DNA of 64,000 nucleotides from Phyllobates terribilis (taxonomy: Eukaryota). The stretch covers positions 6,138,001-6,202,000 of the forward strand of contig NW_027362767.1 in NCBI RefSeq assembly GCF_046119375.1, in the 5' to 3' direction. The notes below the pieces were generated by a model. The model was not told where the DNA came from. It searched no databases and worked only from the letters and a program-made list of their open reading frames with translations. Made by a program: the position numbers and the translations under genes. Position 1 is the first letter of the stretch, and every line of letters starts with the position of its first letter. This document shows positions 21,101 through 36,100 of the stretch, piece after piece.

Positions 21101-24100
21101 GTCTTTCCTCCATATGACCCTGCTTGCTATCTTATTAGCCAGTGGTCTTTTCTCCATATGACCCTGCTTGCTATCTTATTAACCAGTGGTCTTTCCTCCA
21201 TATGACCCTGCTTGCTATATCTTATTAGCCAGTGGTCTTTCCTCCATATGACCCTGTTTGCTATATCTTATTGACCAGTGGTCTTTTCTCCATATGACCC
21301 TGCTTGCTATATCTTATTGACCAGTGGTCTTTCCTCCATATGACCCTGCTTGCTATCTTATTAGCCAGTGGTCTTTCCTCCATATGACCCTGCTTGCTAT
21401 ATCTTATTGACCAGGGGTCTTTCCTCCATATGACCCTGCTTGCTATATCTTATTGACCAGTGGTCTTTTCTCCATATGACCCTGCTTGCTATATCTTATT
21501 GACCAGTGGTCTTTTCTCCATATGACCCTGCTTGCTATCTTATTGACCAGTGGTCTTTCCTCCATATGACCCTGCTTGCTATCTTATTGACCAGTGGTCT
21601 TTTCTCCATATGACCCTGCTTGCTATATCTTATTGACCAGTGGTCTTTTCTCCATATGACCCTGCTTGCTATCTTATTGACCAGTGGTCTTTCCTCCATA
21701 TGACCCTGCTTGCTATCTTATTGACCAGTGGTCTTTCCTCCATATGACCCTGCTTGCTATATCTTATTAGCCAGTGGTCTTTCCTCCATATGACCCAGCT
21801 TGCTATCTTATTAGCCAGTGGTCTTTCCTCCATATGACCCTGCTTGCTATATCTTATTGACCAGTGGTCTTTTCTCCATATGACCCTGCTTGCTATATCT
21901 TATTGACCAGTGGTCTTTTCTCCATATGACCCTGCTTGCTATCTTATTGACCAGTGGTCTTTTCTCCATATGACCCTGCTTGCTATCTTATTAACCAGTG
22001 GTCTTTCCTCCATATGACCCTGCTTGCTATATCTTATTAGCCAGTGGTCTTTCCTCCATATGACCCTGCTTGCTATATCTTATTGACCAGTGGTCTTTTC
22101 TCCATATGACCCTGCTTGCTATATCTTATTGACCAGGGGTCTTTTCTCCATATGACCCTGCTTGCTATCTTATTGACCAGTGGTCTTTCCTCCATATGAC
22201 CCTGCTTGCTATATCTTATTAGCCAGTGGTCTTTCCTCCATATGACCCTGTTTGCTATATCTTATTGACCAGTGGTCTTTTCTCCATATGACCCTGCTTG
22301 CTATATCTTATTGACCAGTGGTCTTTCCTCCATATGACCCTGCTTGCTATCTTATTAGCCAGTGGTCTTTCCTCCATATGACCCTGCTTGCTATATCTTA
22401 TTGACCAGGGGTCTTTCCTCCATATGACCCTGCTTGCTATATCTTATTGACCAGTGGTCTTTTCTCCATATGACCCTGCTTGCTATCTTATTGACCAGTG
22501 GTCTTTCCTCCATATGACCCTGCTTGCTATCTTATTGACCAGTGGTCTTTTCTCCATATGACCCTGCTTGCTATATCTTATTGACCAGTGGTCTTTTCTC
22601 CATATGACCCTGCTTGCTATCTTATTGACCAGTGGTCTTTCCTCCATATGACCCTGCTTGCTATCTTATTGACCAGTGGTCTTTCCTCCATATGACCCTG
22701 CTTGCTATATCTTATTAGCCAGTGGTCTTTCCTCCATATGACCCAGCTTGCTATCTTATTAGCCAGTGGTCTTTCCTCCATATGACCCTGCTTGCTATAT
22801 CTTATTGACCAGTGGTCTTTTCTCCATATGACCCTGCTTGCTATATCTTATTGACCAGTGGTCTTTTCTCCATATGACCCTGCTTGCTATCTTATTGACC
22901 AGTGGTCTTTTCTCCATATGACCCTGCTTGCTATCTCATTGACCAGTGGTCTTTTCTCCATATGACCCTGCTTGCTATATCTTATTGACCAGTGGTCTTT
23001 TCTCCATATGACCCTGCTTGCTATCTTATTGACCAGTGGTCTTTTCTCCATATGACCCTGCTTGCTATCTTATTAGCCAGTGGTCTTTCCTCCATATGAC
23101 CCTGCTTGCTATATCTTATTATCCAGTGGTCTTTTCTCCATATGACCCTGCTTGCTATCTTATTGACCAGTGCTTTTTCCTCCATATGACCCTGCTTGCT
23201 ATCTTATTGACCAGTGGTCTTTTCTCCATATGACCCTGCTTGCTATCTTATTGACCAGTGGTCTTTCCTTCATATGACCCTGCTTGCTATATCTTATTGA
23301 CCAGTGGTCTTTTCTCCATATGACCCTGCTTGCTATATCTTATTGACCACTGATCTTTTCTCCATATGACCCTGCTTGCTATCTTATTAGCCAGTGGTCT
23401 TTTCTCCATATGACCCTGCTTGCTATCTTATTAGCCAGTGGTCTTTTCTCCATATGACCCTGCTTGCTATCTTATTAGCCAGTGGTCTTTCCTCCATATG
23501 ACCCTGCTTGCTATATCTTATTGACCAGTGGTCTTTCCTCCATATGACCCTGCTTGCTATATCTTATTAGCCAGTGGTCTTTCCTCCATATGACCCTGCT
23601 TGCTATATCTTATTGACCAGTGGTCTTTTCTCCATATGACCCTGCTTGCTATATCTTATTGACCAGTGGTCTTTTCTCCATATGACCCTGCTTGCTATCT
23701 TATTAGCCAGTGGTCTTTTCTCCATATGACCCTGCTTGCTATCTTATTGACCAGTGGTCTTTCCTCCATATGACCCTGCTTGCTATCTTATTAGCCAGTG
23801 GTCTTTCCTCCATATGACCCTGCTTGCTATCTTATTGACCAGTGGTCTTTTCTCCATATGACCCTGCTTGCTATATCTTATTGACCAGTGGTCTTTCCTC
23901 CATATGACCCTGCTTGCTATATCTTATTAGCCAGTGGTCTTTCCTCCATATGACTCTGCTTGCTATGTTATTGACCAGTGGTCTTTTCTCCATATGACCC
24001 TGCTTGCTATATCTTATTGACCAGTGGTCTTTCCTCCATATGACCCTGCTTGCTATCTTATTGACCAGTGGTCTTTTCTCCATATGACCCTGCTTGCTAT

Positions 24101-27100
24101 ATCTTATTGACCAGTGGTCTTTTCTCCATATGACCCTGCTTGCTATCTTATTGACCAGTGGTCTTTCCTCCATATGACCCTGCTTGCTATCTTATTGACC
24201 AGTGGTCTTTCCTCCATATGACCCTGCTTGCTATATCTTATTAGCCAGTGGTCTTTCCTCCATATGACCCTGCTTGCTATATCTTATTGACCAGTGGTCT
24301 TTCCTCCATATGACCCTGCTTGCTATCTTATTAGCCAGTGGTCTTTCCTCCATCTGACCCTGCTTGCTATCTTATTGACCAGTGGTCTTTTCTCCATATG
24401 ACCCTGCTTGCTATATCTTATTGACCAGTGGTCTTTCCTCCATATGACCCTGCTTGCTATCTTATTGACCAGTGGTCTTTCCTCCATATGACCCTGCTTG
24501 CTATATCTTATTAGCCAGTGGTCTTTCCTCCATATGACCCAGCTTGCTATCTTATTAGCCAGTGGTCTTTCCTCCATATGACCCTGCTTGCTATATCTTA
24601 TTGACCAGTGGTCTTTTCTCCATATGACCCTGCTTGCTATATCTTATTGACCAGTGGTCTTTTCTCCATATGACCCTGCTTGCTATCTTATTGACCAGTG
24701 GTCTTTTCTCCATATGACCCTGCTTGCTATCTTATTGACCAGTGGTCTTTTCTCCATATGACCCTGCTTGCTATATCTTATTGACCAGTGGTCTTTCCTC
24801 CATATGACCCTGCTTGCTATCTTATTAGCCAGTGGTCTTTGCTCCATATGACCCTGCTTGCTATCTTATTAGCCAGTGGTCTTTCCTCCATATGACCCTG
24901 CTTGCTATATCTTATTGACCAGGGGTCTTTCCTCCATATGACCCTGCTTGCTATCTTATTGACCAGTGGTCTTTTCTCCATATGACCCTGCTTGCTATCT
25001 TATTGACCAGTGGTCTTTTCTCCATATGACCCTGCTTGCTATATCTTATTGACCAGTGGTCTTTTCTCCATATGACCCTGCTTGCTATCTTATTGACCAG
25101 TGGTCTTTTCTCCATATGACCCTGCTTGCTATATCTTATTGACCAGTGGTCTTTTCTCCATATGACACTGCTTGCTATCTTATTGACCAGTGGTCTTTCC
25201 TCAATATGACCCTGCATGCTATCTTATTGACCAGTGGTCTTTCCTCAATATGACCCTGCTTGCTATCTCATTGACCAGTGGTCTTTCCTCAATATGACCC
25301 TGCTTGCTATCTTATTGACCAGTGGTCTTTCCTCCATATGACCCTGCTTGCTATATCTTATTATCCAGTGGTCTTTTCTCCATATGACCCTGCTTGCTAT
25401 CTTATTGACCAGTGCTTTTTCCTCCATATGACCCTGCTTGCTATCTTATTGACCAGTGGTCTTTCCTCCATATGACCCTGCTTGCTATATCTTATTGACC
25501 AGTGGTCTTTTCTCCATATGACCCTGCTTGCTATATCTTATTGACCAGTGGTCTTTTCTCCATATGACCCTGCTTGCTATCTTATTGACCAGTGGTCTTT
25601 TCTCCATATGACCCTGCTTGCTATCTCATTGACCAGTGGTCTTTTCTCCATATGACCCTGCTTGCTATATCTTATTGACCAGTGGTCTTTTCTCCATATG
25701 ACCCTGCTTGCTATCTTATTGACCAGTGGTCTTTTCTCCATATGACCCTGCTTGCTATCTTATTAGCCAGTGGTATTTCCTCCATATGACCCTGCTTGCT
25801 ATCTTATTAGCCAGTGGTCTTTTCTCCATATGACCCTGCTTGCTATATCTTATTATCCAGTGGTCTTTTCTCCATATGACCCTGCTTGCTATCTTATTGA
25901 CCAGTGCTTTTTCCTCCATATGACCCTGCTTGCTATCTTATTGACCAGTGGTCTTTTCTCCATATGACCCTGCTTGCTATCTTATTGACCAGTGGTCTTT
26001 CCTTCATATGACCCTGCTTGCTATATCTTATTGACCAGTGGTCTTTTCTCCATATGACCCTGCTTGCTATATCTTATTGACCACTGATCTTTTCTCCATA
26101 TGACCCTGCTTGCTATCTTATTAGCCAGTGGTCTTTTCTCCATATGACCCTGCTTGCTATCTTATTAGCCAGTGGTCTTTTCTCCATATGACCCTGCTTG
26201 CTATCTTATTAGCCAGCGGTCTTTTCTCCATATGACCCTGCTTGCTATCTTATTAGCCAGTGGTCTTTCCTCCATATGACCCTGCTTGCTATATCTTATT
26301 GACCAGTGGTCTTTCCTCCATATGACCCTGCTTGCTATATCTTATTAGCCAGTGGTCTTTCCTCCATATGACCCTGCTTGCTATATCTTATTGACCAGTG
26401 GTCTTTTCTCCATATGACCCTGCTTGCTATATCTTATTGACCAGTGGTCTTTTCTCCATATGACCCTGCTTGCTATCTTATTAGCCAGTGGTCTTTTCTC
26501 CATATGACCCTGCTTGCTATCTTATTGACCAGTGGTCTTTCCTCCATATGACCCTGCTTGCTATCTTATTAGCCAGTGGTCTTTCCTCCATATGACCCTG
26601 CTTGCTATCTTATTGAACAGTGGTCTTTTCTCCATATGACCCTGCTTGCTATATCTTATTGACCAGTGGTCTTTCCTCCATATGACCCTGCTTGCTATAT
26701 CTTATTAGCCAGTGGTCTTTCCTCCATATGACTCTGCTTGCTATGTTATTGACCAGTGGTCTTTCCTCCATATGACCCTGCTTGCTATATCTTATTGACC
26801 AGTGGTCTTTCCTCCATATGACCCTGCTTGCTATCTTATTGACCAGTGGTCTTTTCTCCATATGACCCTGCTTGCTATATCTTATTGACCAGTGGTCTTT
26901 TCTCCATATGACCCTGCTTGCTATCTTATTGACCAGTGGTCTTTCCTCCATATGACCCTGCTTGCTATCTTATTGACCAGTGGTCTTTCCTCCATATGAC
27001 CCTGCTTGCTATATCTTATTAGCCAGTGGTCTTTCCTCCATATGACCCTGCTTGCTATATCTTATTGACCAGTGGTCTTTCCTCCATATGACCCTGCTTG

Positions 27101-30100
27101 CTATCTTATTAGCCAGTGGTCTTTCCTCCATCTGACCCTGCTTGCTATCTTATTGACCAGTGGTCTTTTCTCCATATGACCCTGCTTGCTATATCTTATT
27201 GACCAGTGGTCTTTCCTCCATATGACCCTGCTTGCTATCTTATTGACCAGTGGTCTTTCCTCCATATGACCCTGCTTGCTATATCTTATTAGCCAGTGGT
27301 CTTTCCTCCATATGACCCAGCTTGCTATCTTATTAGCCAATGGTCTTTCCTCCATATGACCCTGCTTGCTATCTTATTGACCAGTGGTCTTTCCTCCATA
27401 TGACCCTGCTTGCTATCTTATTGACCAGTGGTCTTTTCTCCATATGACCCTGCTTGCTATATCTTATTGACCAGTGGTCTTTTCTCCATATGACCCTGCT
27501 TGCTATCTTATTGACCAGTGGTCTTTTCTCCATATGACCCTGCTTGCTATCTTATTGACCAGTGGTCTTTTCTCCATATGACCCTGCTTGCTATATCTTA
27601 TTGACCAGTGGTCTTTCCTCCATATGACCCTGCTTGCTATCTTATTAGCCAGTGGTCTTTGCTCCATATGACCCTGCTTGCTATCTTATTAGCCAGTGGT
27701 CTTTCCTCCATATGACCCTGCTTGCTATATCTTATTGACCAGGGGTCTTTCCTCCATATGACCCTGCTTGCTATATCTTATTGACCAGTGGTCTTTTCTC
27801 CATATGACCCTGCTTGCTATCTTATTGACCAGTGGTCTTTTCTCCATATGACCCTGCTTGCTATATCTTATTGACCAGTGGTCTTTTCTCCATATGACCC
27901 TGCTTGCTATCTTATTGACCAGTGGTCTTTTCTCCATATGACCCTGCTTGCTATATCTTATTGACCAGTGGTCTTTTCTCCATATGACACTGCTTGCTAT
28001 CTTATTGACCAGTGGTCTTTCCTCAATATGACCCTGCATGCTATCTTATTGACCAGTGGTCTTTCCTCAATATGACCCTGCTTGCTATCTTATTGACCAG
28101 TGGTCTTTCCTCAATATGACCCTGCTTGCTATCTTATTGACCAGTGGTCTTTCCTCCATATGACCCTGCTTGCTATATCTTATTATCCAGTGGTCTTTTC
28201 TCCATATGACCCTGCTTGCTATCTTATTGACCAGTGCTTTTTCCTCCATATGACCCTGCTTGCTATCTTATTGACCAGTGGTCTTTTCTCCATATGACCC
28301 TGCTTGCTATATCTTATTGACCAGTGGTCTTTCCTCCATATGACTCTGCTTGCTATATCTTATTGACCAGTGGTCTTTTCTCCATATGACCCTGCTTGCT
28401 ATCTTATTGACCAGTGCTTTTTCCTCCATATGACACTGCTTGCTATCTTATTGACCAGTGGTCTTTTCTCCATATGACCCTGCTTGCTATCTTATTGACC
28501 AGTGGTCTTTCCTTCATATGACCCTGCTTGCTATATCTTATTGACCAGTGGTCTTTTCTCCATATGACCCTGCTTGCTATATCTTATTGACCAGTGATCT
28601 TTTCTCCATATGACCCTGCTTGCTATCTTATTAACCAGTGGTCTTTCCTCCATATGACCCTGCTTGCTATCTTATTGACAAGTGGTCTTTTCTCCATATG
28701 ACCCTGCTTGCTATCTTATTGACCAGTGGTCTTTCCTCCATATGACCCTGCTTGCTATATCTTATTAGCCAGTGGTCTTTCCTCCATATGACCCTGCTTG
28801 CTATATCTTATTGACCAGTGGTCTTTTCTCCATATGACCCTGCTTGCTATATCTTATTGACCAGTCGTCTTTTCTCCATATGACCCTGCTTGCTATCTTA
28901 TTAACCAGTGGTCTTTCCTCCATATGACCCTGCTTGCTATATCTTATTGACCAGTGGTCTTTTCTCCATATGACCCTGCTTGCTATATCTTATTGACCAG
29001 GGGTCTTTTCTCCATATGACCCTGCTTGCTATCTTATTGACCAGTGGTCTTTCCTCCATATGACCCTGCTTGCTATATCTTATTAGCCAGTGGTCTTTCC
29101 TCCATATGAACCTGTTTGCTATATCTTATTGACCAGTGGTCTTTTCTCCATATGACCCTGCTTGCTATATCTTATTGACCAGTGGTCTTTCCTCCATATG
29201 ACCCTGCTTGCTATCTTATTAGCCAGTGGTCTTTCCTCCATATGACCCTGCTTGCTATATCTTATTGACCAGGGGTCTTTCCTCCATATGACCCTGCTTG
29301 CTATATCTTATTGACCAGTGGTCTTTTCTCCATATGACCCTGCTTGCTATCTTATTGACCAGTGGTCTTTCCTCCATATGACCCTGCTTGCTATCTTATT
29401 GACCAGTGGTCTTTTCTCCATATGACCCTGCTTGCTATATCTTATTGACCAGTGGTCTTTTCTCCATATGACCCTGCTTGCTATCTTATTGACCAGTGGT
29501 CTTTCCTCCATATGACCCTGCTTGCTATCTTATTGACCAGTGGTCTTTCCTCCATATGACCCTGCTTGCTATATCTTATTAGCCAGTGGTCTTTCCTCCA
29601 TATGACCCAGCTTGCTATCTTATTAGCCAGTGGTCTTTCCTCCATATGACCCTGCTTGCTATATCTTATTGACCAGTGGTCTTTTCTCCATATGACCCTG
29701 CTTGCTATATCTTATTGACCAGTGGTCTTTTCTCCATATGACCCTGCTTGCTATCTTATTGACCAGTGGTCTTTTCTCCATATGACCCTGCTTGCTATCT
29801 CATTGACCAGTGGTCTTTTCTCCATATGACCCTGCTTGCTATATCTTATTGACCAGTGGTCTTTTCTCCATATGACCCTGCTTGCTATCTTATTGACCAG
29901 TGGTCTTTTCTCCATATGACCCTGCTTGCTATCTTATTAGCCAGTGGTCTTTTCTCCATATGACCCTGCTTGCTATATCTTATTATCCAGTGGTCTTTTC
30001 TCCATATGACCCTGCTTGCTATCTTATTGACCAGTGCTTTTTCCTCCATATGACCCTGCTTGCTATCTTATTGACCAGTGGTCTTTTCTCCATATGACCC

Positions 30101-33100
30101 TGCTTGCTATCTTATTGACCAGTGGTCTTTCCTTCATATGACCCTGCTTGCTATATCTTATTGACCAGTGGTCTTTTCTCCATATGACCCTGCTTGCTAT
30201 CTTATTAGCCAGTGGTCTTTTCTCCATATGACCCTGCTTGCTATCTTATTGACCAGTGGTCTTTCCTCCATATGACCCTGCTTGCTATATCTTATTAGCC
30301 AGTGGTCTTTCCTCCATATGACCCTGCTTGCTATATCTTATTGACCAGTGGTCTTTTCTCCATATGACCCTGCTTGCTATATCTTATTGACCAGTGGTCT
30401 TTTCTCCATATGACCCTGCTTGCTATCTTATTGACCAGTGGTATTTCCTCCATATGACCCTGCTTGCTATCTTATTAGCCAGTGGTCTTTCCTCCATATG
30501 ACCCTGCTTGCTATATCTTATTGACCAGTGGTCTTTTCTCCATATGACCCTGCTTGCTATATCTTATTGACCAGTGGTCTTTCCTCCATATGACCCTGCT
30601 TGCTATATCTTATTAGCCAGTGGTCTTTCCTCCATATGACTCTGCTTGCTATGTTATTGACCAGTGGTCTTTTCTCCATATGACCCTGCTTGCTATCTTA
30701 TTGACCAGTGGTCTTTTCTCTATATGACCCTGCTTGCTATCTTATTGACCAGTGGTCTTTTCTCCATATGACCCTGCTTGCTATCTTATTGACCAGTGGT
30801 TTTTCTCCATATGACCCTGCTTGCTATCTTATTAGCCAGTGGTCTTTTCTCCATATGACCCTGCTTGCTATCTTATTAGCCAGTGGTCTTTCCTCCATAT
30901 GACCCTGCTTGCTATCTTATTAGCCAGTGGTCTTTCCTCCATATGACCCTGCTTGCTATATCTTATTGACCAGAGGTCTTTCCTCCATATGACCCTGCTT
31001 GCTATATCTTATTAGCCAGTGGTCTTTCCTCCATATGACCCTGCTTGCTATCTTATTAGCCAGTGGTCTTTCCTCCATATGACCCTGCTTGCTATCTTAT
31101 TGACCAGTGGTCTTTCCTCCATATGACCCTGCTTGCTATATCTTATTAGCCAGTGGTCTTTCCTCCATATGACCCTGCTTGCTATCTTATTAGCCAGTGG
31201 TCTTTTCTCCATATGACCCTGCTTGCTATCTTATTAGCCAGTGGTCTTTCCTCCATCTGACCCTGCTTGCTATCTTATTGACCAGTGGTCTTTTCTCCAT
31301 ATGACCCTGCTTGCTATATCTTATTGACCAGTGGTCTTTCCTCCATATGACCCTGCTTGCTATCTTATTGACCAGTGGTCTTTCCTCCATATGACTCTGC
31401 TTGCTATATCTTATTATCCAGTGGTCTTTTCTCCATATGACCCTGCTTGCTATAACTTATTAGCCAGTGGTCTTTTCTCCATATGACCCTGCTTGCTATC
31501 TTATTAGCCAGTGGTCTTTCCTCCATCTGACCCTGCTTGCTATCTTATTGACCAGTGGTCTTTTCTCCATATGACCCTGCTTGCTATATCTTATTGACAA
31601 GTGGTCTTTCCTCCATATGACCCTGCTTGCTATCTTATTGACCAGTGGTCTTTCCTCCATATGACCCTGCTTGCTATATCTTATTATCCAGTGGTCTTTC
31701 CTCCATATGACTCTGCTTGCTATATCTTATTATCCAGTGCTCTTTCCTCCATATGACCCTGCTTGCTATCTTATTGACCAGTGCTTTTTCCTCCATATGA
31801 CCCTGCTTGCTATCTTATTGACCAGAGGTCTTTTCTCCATATGACCCTGCTTGCTATCTTATTGACCAGTGGTCTTTTCTCCATATGACCCTGCTTGCTA
31901 TCTTATTGACCAGTGGTTTTTCTCCATATGACCCTGCTTGCTATCTTATTAGCCAGTGGTCTTTTCTCCATATGACCCTGCTTGCTATCTTATTAGCCAG
32001 TGGTCTTTCCTCCATATGACCCTGCTTGCTATCTTATTAGCCAGTGGTCTTTCCTCCATATGACCCTGCTTGCTATATCTTATTGACCAGAGGTCTTTCC
32101 TCCATATGACCCTGCTTGCTATATCTTATTAGCCAGTGGTCTTTCCTCCATATGACCCTGCTTGCTATCTTATTAGCCAGTGGTCTTTCCTCCATATGAC
32201 CCTGCTTGCTATCTTATTGACCAGTGGTCTTTCCTCCATATGACCCTGCTTGCTATATCTTATTAGCCAGTGGTCTTTCCTCCATATGACCCTGCTTGCT
32301 ATCTTATTAGCCAGTGGTCTTTTCTCCATATGACCCTGCTTGCTATCTTATTAGCCAGTGGTCTTTCCTCCATCTGACCCTGCTTGCTATCTTATTGACC
32401 AGTGGTCTTTTCTCCATATGACCCTGCTTGCTATATCTTATTGACCAGTGGTCTTTCCTCCATATGACCCTGCTTGCTATCTTATTGACCAGTGGTCTTT
32501 CCTCCATATGACTCTGCTTGCTATATCTTATTATCCAGTGGTCTTTTCTCCATATGACCCTGCTTGCTATATCTTATTAGCCAGTGGTCTTTTCTCCATA
32601 TGACCCTGCTTGCTATCTTATTAGCCAGTGGTCTTTCCTCCATCTGACCCTGCTTGCTATCTTATTGACCAGTGGTCTTTTCTCCATATGACCCTGCTTG
32701 CTATATCTTATTGACAAGTGGTCTTTCCTCCATATGACCCTGCTTGCTATCTTATTGACCAGTGGTCTTTCCTCCATATGACCCTGCTTGCTATATCTTA
32801 TTATCCAGTGGTCTTTCCTCCATATGACTCTGCTTGCTATATCTTATTATCCAGTGCTCTTTCCTCCATATGACCCTGCTTGCTATCTTATTGACCAGTG
32901 CTTTTTCCTCCATATGACCCTGCTTGCTATCTTATTGACCAGAGGTCTTTTCTCCATATGACCCTGCTTGCTATCTTATTGACCAGAGGTCTTTTCTCCA
33001 TATGACCCTGCTTGCTATCTTATTGACCAGAGGTCTTTTCTCCATATGACCCTGCTTGCTATCTTATTGACCAGAGGTCTTTTCTCCATATGACCCTGCT

Positions 33101-36100
33101 TGCTATCTTATTGACCAGTGGTCTTTTCTTCATATGACCCTGCTTGCTATATCTTATTGACCAGTGGTCTTTTCTCCATATGACCCTGCTTGCTATATCT
33201 TATTGACCAGTGATCTTTTCTCCATATGACCCTGCTTGCTATCTTATTGACCAGAGGTCTTTTCTCCATATGACCCTGCTTGCTATCTTATTGACCAGTG
33301 GTCTTTTCTCCATATGACCCTGCTTGCTATATCTTATTGACCAGTGATCTTTTCTCCATATGACCCTGCTTGCTATCTTATTAGCCAGTGGACTTTCCTC
33401 CATATGACCCTGCTTGCTATATCTTATTAGCCAGTGGTCTTTCCTCCATATGACCCTGCTTGCTATATCTTATTGACCAGTGGTCTTTTCTCCATATGAC
33501 CCTGCTTGCTATATCTTATTGACCAGTCGTCTTTTCTCCATATGACCCTGCTTGCTATCTTATTAGCCAGTGGTCTTTTCTCCATATGACCCTGCTTGCT
33601 ATATCTTATTGACCAGAGGTCTTTTCTCCATATGACCCTGCTTGCTATCTTATTGATCAGTGGTCTTTTCTCCATATGACCCTGCTTGCTATCTTATTGA
33701 CCAGAGGTCTTTTCTCCATATGACCCTGCTTGCTATCTTATTGACCAGTGGTCTTTTCTCCATATGACCCTGCTTGCTATATCTTATTGACCAGTGGTCT
33801 TTTCTTCATATGACCCTGCTTTCTATATCTTATTGACCAGTGGTCTTTTCTCCATATGACCCTGCTTGCTATATCTTATTGACCAGTGATCTTTTCTCCA
33901 TATGACCCTGCTTGCTATCTTATTAGCCAGTGGTCTTTTCTCCATATGACCCTGCTTGCTATCTTATTGACCAGTGGTCTTTCCTCCATATGACCCTGCT
34001 TGCTATATCTTATTAGCCAGTGGTCTTTCCTCCATATGACCCTGCTTGCTATATCTTATTGACCAGTGGTCTTTTCTCCATATGACCCTGCTTGCTATAT
34101 CTTATTGACCAGTCGTCTTTTCTCCATATGACCCTGCTTGCTATCTTATTAGCCAGTGGTCTTTTCTCCATATGACCCTGCTTGCTATATCTTATTAGCC
34201 AGTGGTCTTTCCTCCATATGACCCTGCTTGCTATCTTATTAGCCAGTGGTCTTTCCTCCATATGACCATGCTTGCTATATCTTATTGACCAGGGGTCTTT
34301 CCTCCATATGACCCTGCTTGCTATATCTTATTGACCAGTGGTCTTTTCTCCATATGACCCTGCTTGCTATATCTTATTAGCCAGTGGTCTTTCCTCCATA
34401 TGACCCTGCTTGCTATATTTTATTGACCAGTGGTCTTTTCTCCATATGACCCTGCTTGCTATCTTATTGAACAGTGGTCTTTTCTCCATATGACCCTGCT
34501 TGCTATATCTTATTGACCAGTGGTCTTTTCTCCATATGACCCTTCTTGCTATCTTATTGACCAGTGATCTTTTCTCCATATGACCCTGCTTGCTATCTTA
34601 TTGACCAGTGGTCTTTTCTCCATATGACCCTGCTTGCTATATTTTATTGACCAGTGGTCTTTTCTCCATATGACCCTGCTTGCTATCTTATTGAACAGTG
34701 GTCTTTTCTCCATATGACCCTGCTTGCTATATCTTATTGACCAGTGGTCTTTTCTCCATATGACCCTGCTTGCTATATCTTATTGACCAGTGGTCTTTTC
34801 TCCATATGACCCTGCTTGCTATATCTTATTGACCAGTGGTCGTTCCTCAATATGACCCTGCTTGCTATCTTATTGACCAGTGGTCTTTTCTCCATATGAC
34901 CCTGCTTGCTATCTTATTGACCAGTGGTCGTTCCTCAATATGACCCTGCTTGCTATCTTATTGACCAGTGGTCTTTTCTCCATATGACCCTGCTTGCTAT
35001 CTTATTGACCAGTGCTTTTTCCTCTATATGACCCTGCTTGCTATCTTATTGACCAGTGGTCTTTTCTCCATATGACCCTGCTTGCTATCTTATTGACCAG
35101 TGGTCTTTCCTTCATATGACCCTGCTTGCTATATCTTATTGACCAGTGGTCTTTTCTCCATATGACCCTGCTTGCTATCTTATTAGCCAGTGGTCTTTTC
35201 TCCATATGACCCTGCTTGCTATCTTATTGACCAGTGGTCTTTCCTCCATATGACCCTGCTTGCTATATCTTATTAGCCAGTGGTCTTTCCTCCATATGAC
35301 CCTGCTTGCTATATCTTATTGACCAGTGGTCTTTTCTCCATATGACCCTTCTTGCTATATCTTATTAGCCAGTGGTCTTTCCTCCATATGACCCTGCTTG
35401 CTATATCTTATTGACCAGTGGTCTTTTCTCCATATGACCCTGCTTGCTATGTTATTGACCAGTGATCTTTTCTCCATATGACCCTGCTTGCTATCTTATT
35501 AGCCAGTGGTCTTTTCTCCATATGACCCTGCTTGCTATCTTATTGACCAGTGGTCTTTCCTCCATATGACCCTGCTTGCTATATCTTATTAGCCAGTGGT
35601 CTTTCCTCCATATGACCCTGCTTGCTATATCTTATTGACCAGTGGTCTTTTCTCCATATGACCCTGCTTGCTATATCTTATTAGCCAGTGGTCTTTCCTC
35701 CATATGACCCTGCTTGCTATATCTTATTGAGCAGTCGTCTTTTCTCCATATGACCCTACTTGCTATCTTATTAGCCAGTGGTCTTTTCTCCATATGACCC
35801 TGCTTGCTATCTTATTGACCAGTGGTCTTTTCTCCATATGACCCTGCTTGCTATATCTTATTAGCCAGTGGTCTTTCCTCCATATGACCCTGCTTGCTAT
35901 ATCTTATTGACAAGTGGTCTTTCCTCCATATGACCCTGCTTGCTATCTTATTAGCCAGTGGTCTTTCCTCCATATGACCCTGCTTGCTATATCTTATTGA
36001 CCAGTGGTCTTTTCTCCATATGACCCTGCTTGCTATATCTTATTGACCAGTGGTCTTTCCTCCAAATGACCCTGCTTGCTATATCTTATTAGCCAGTGGT

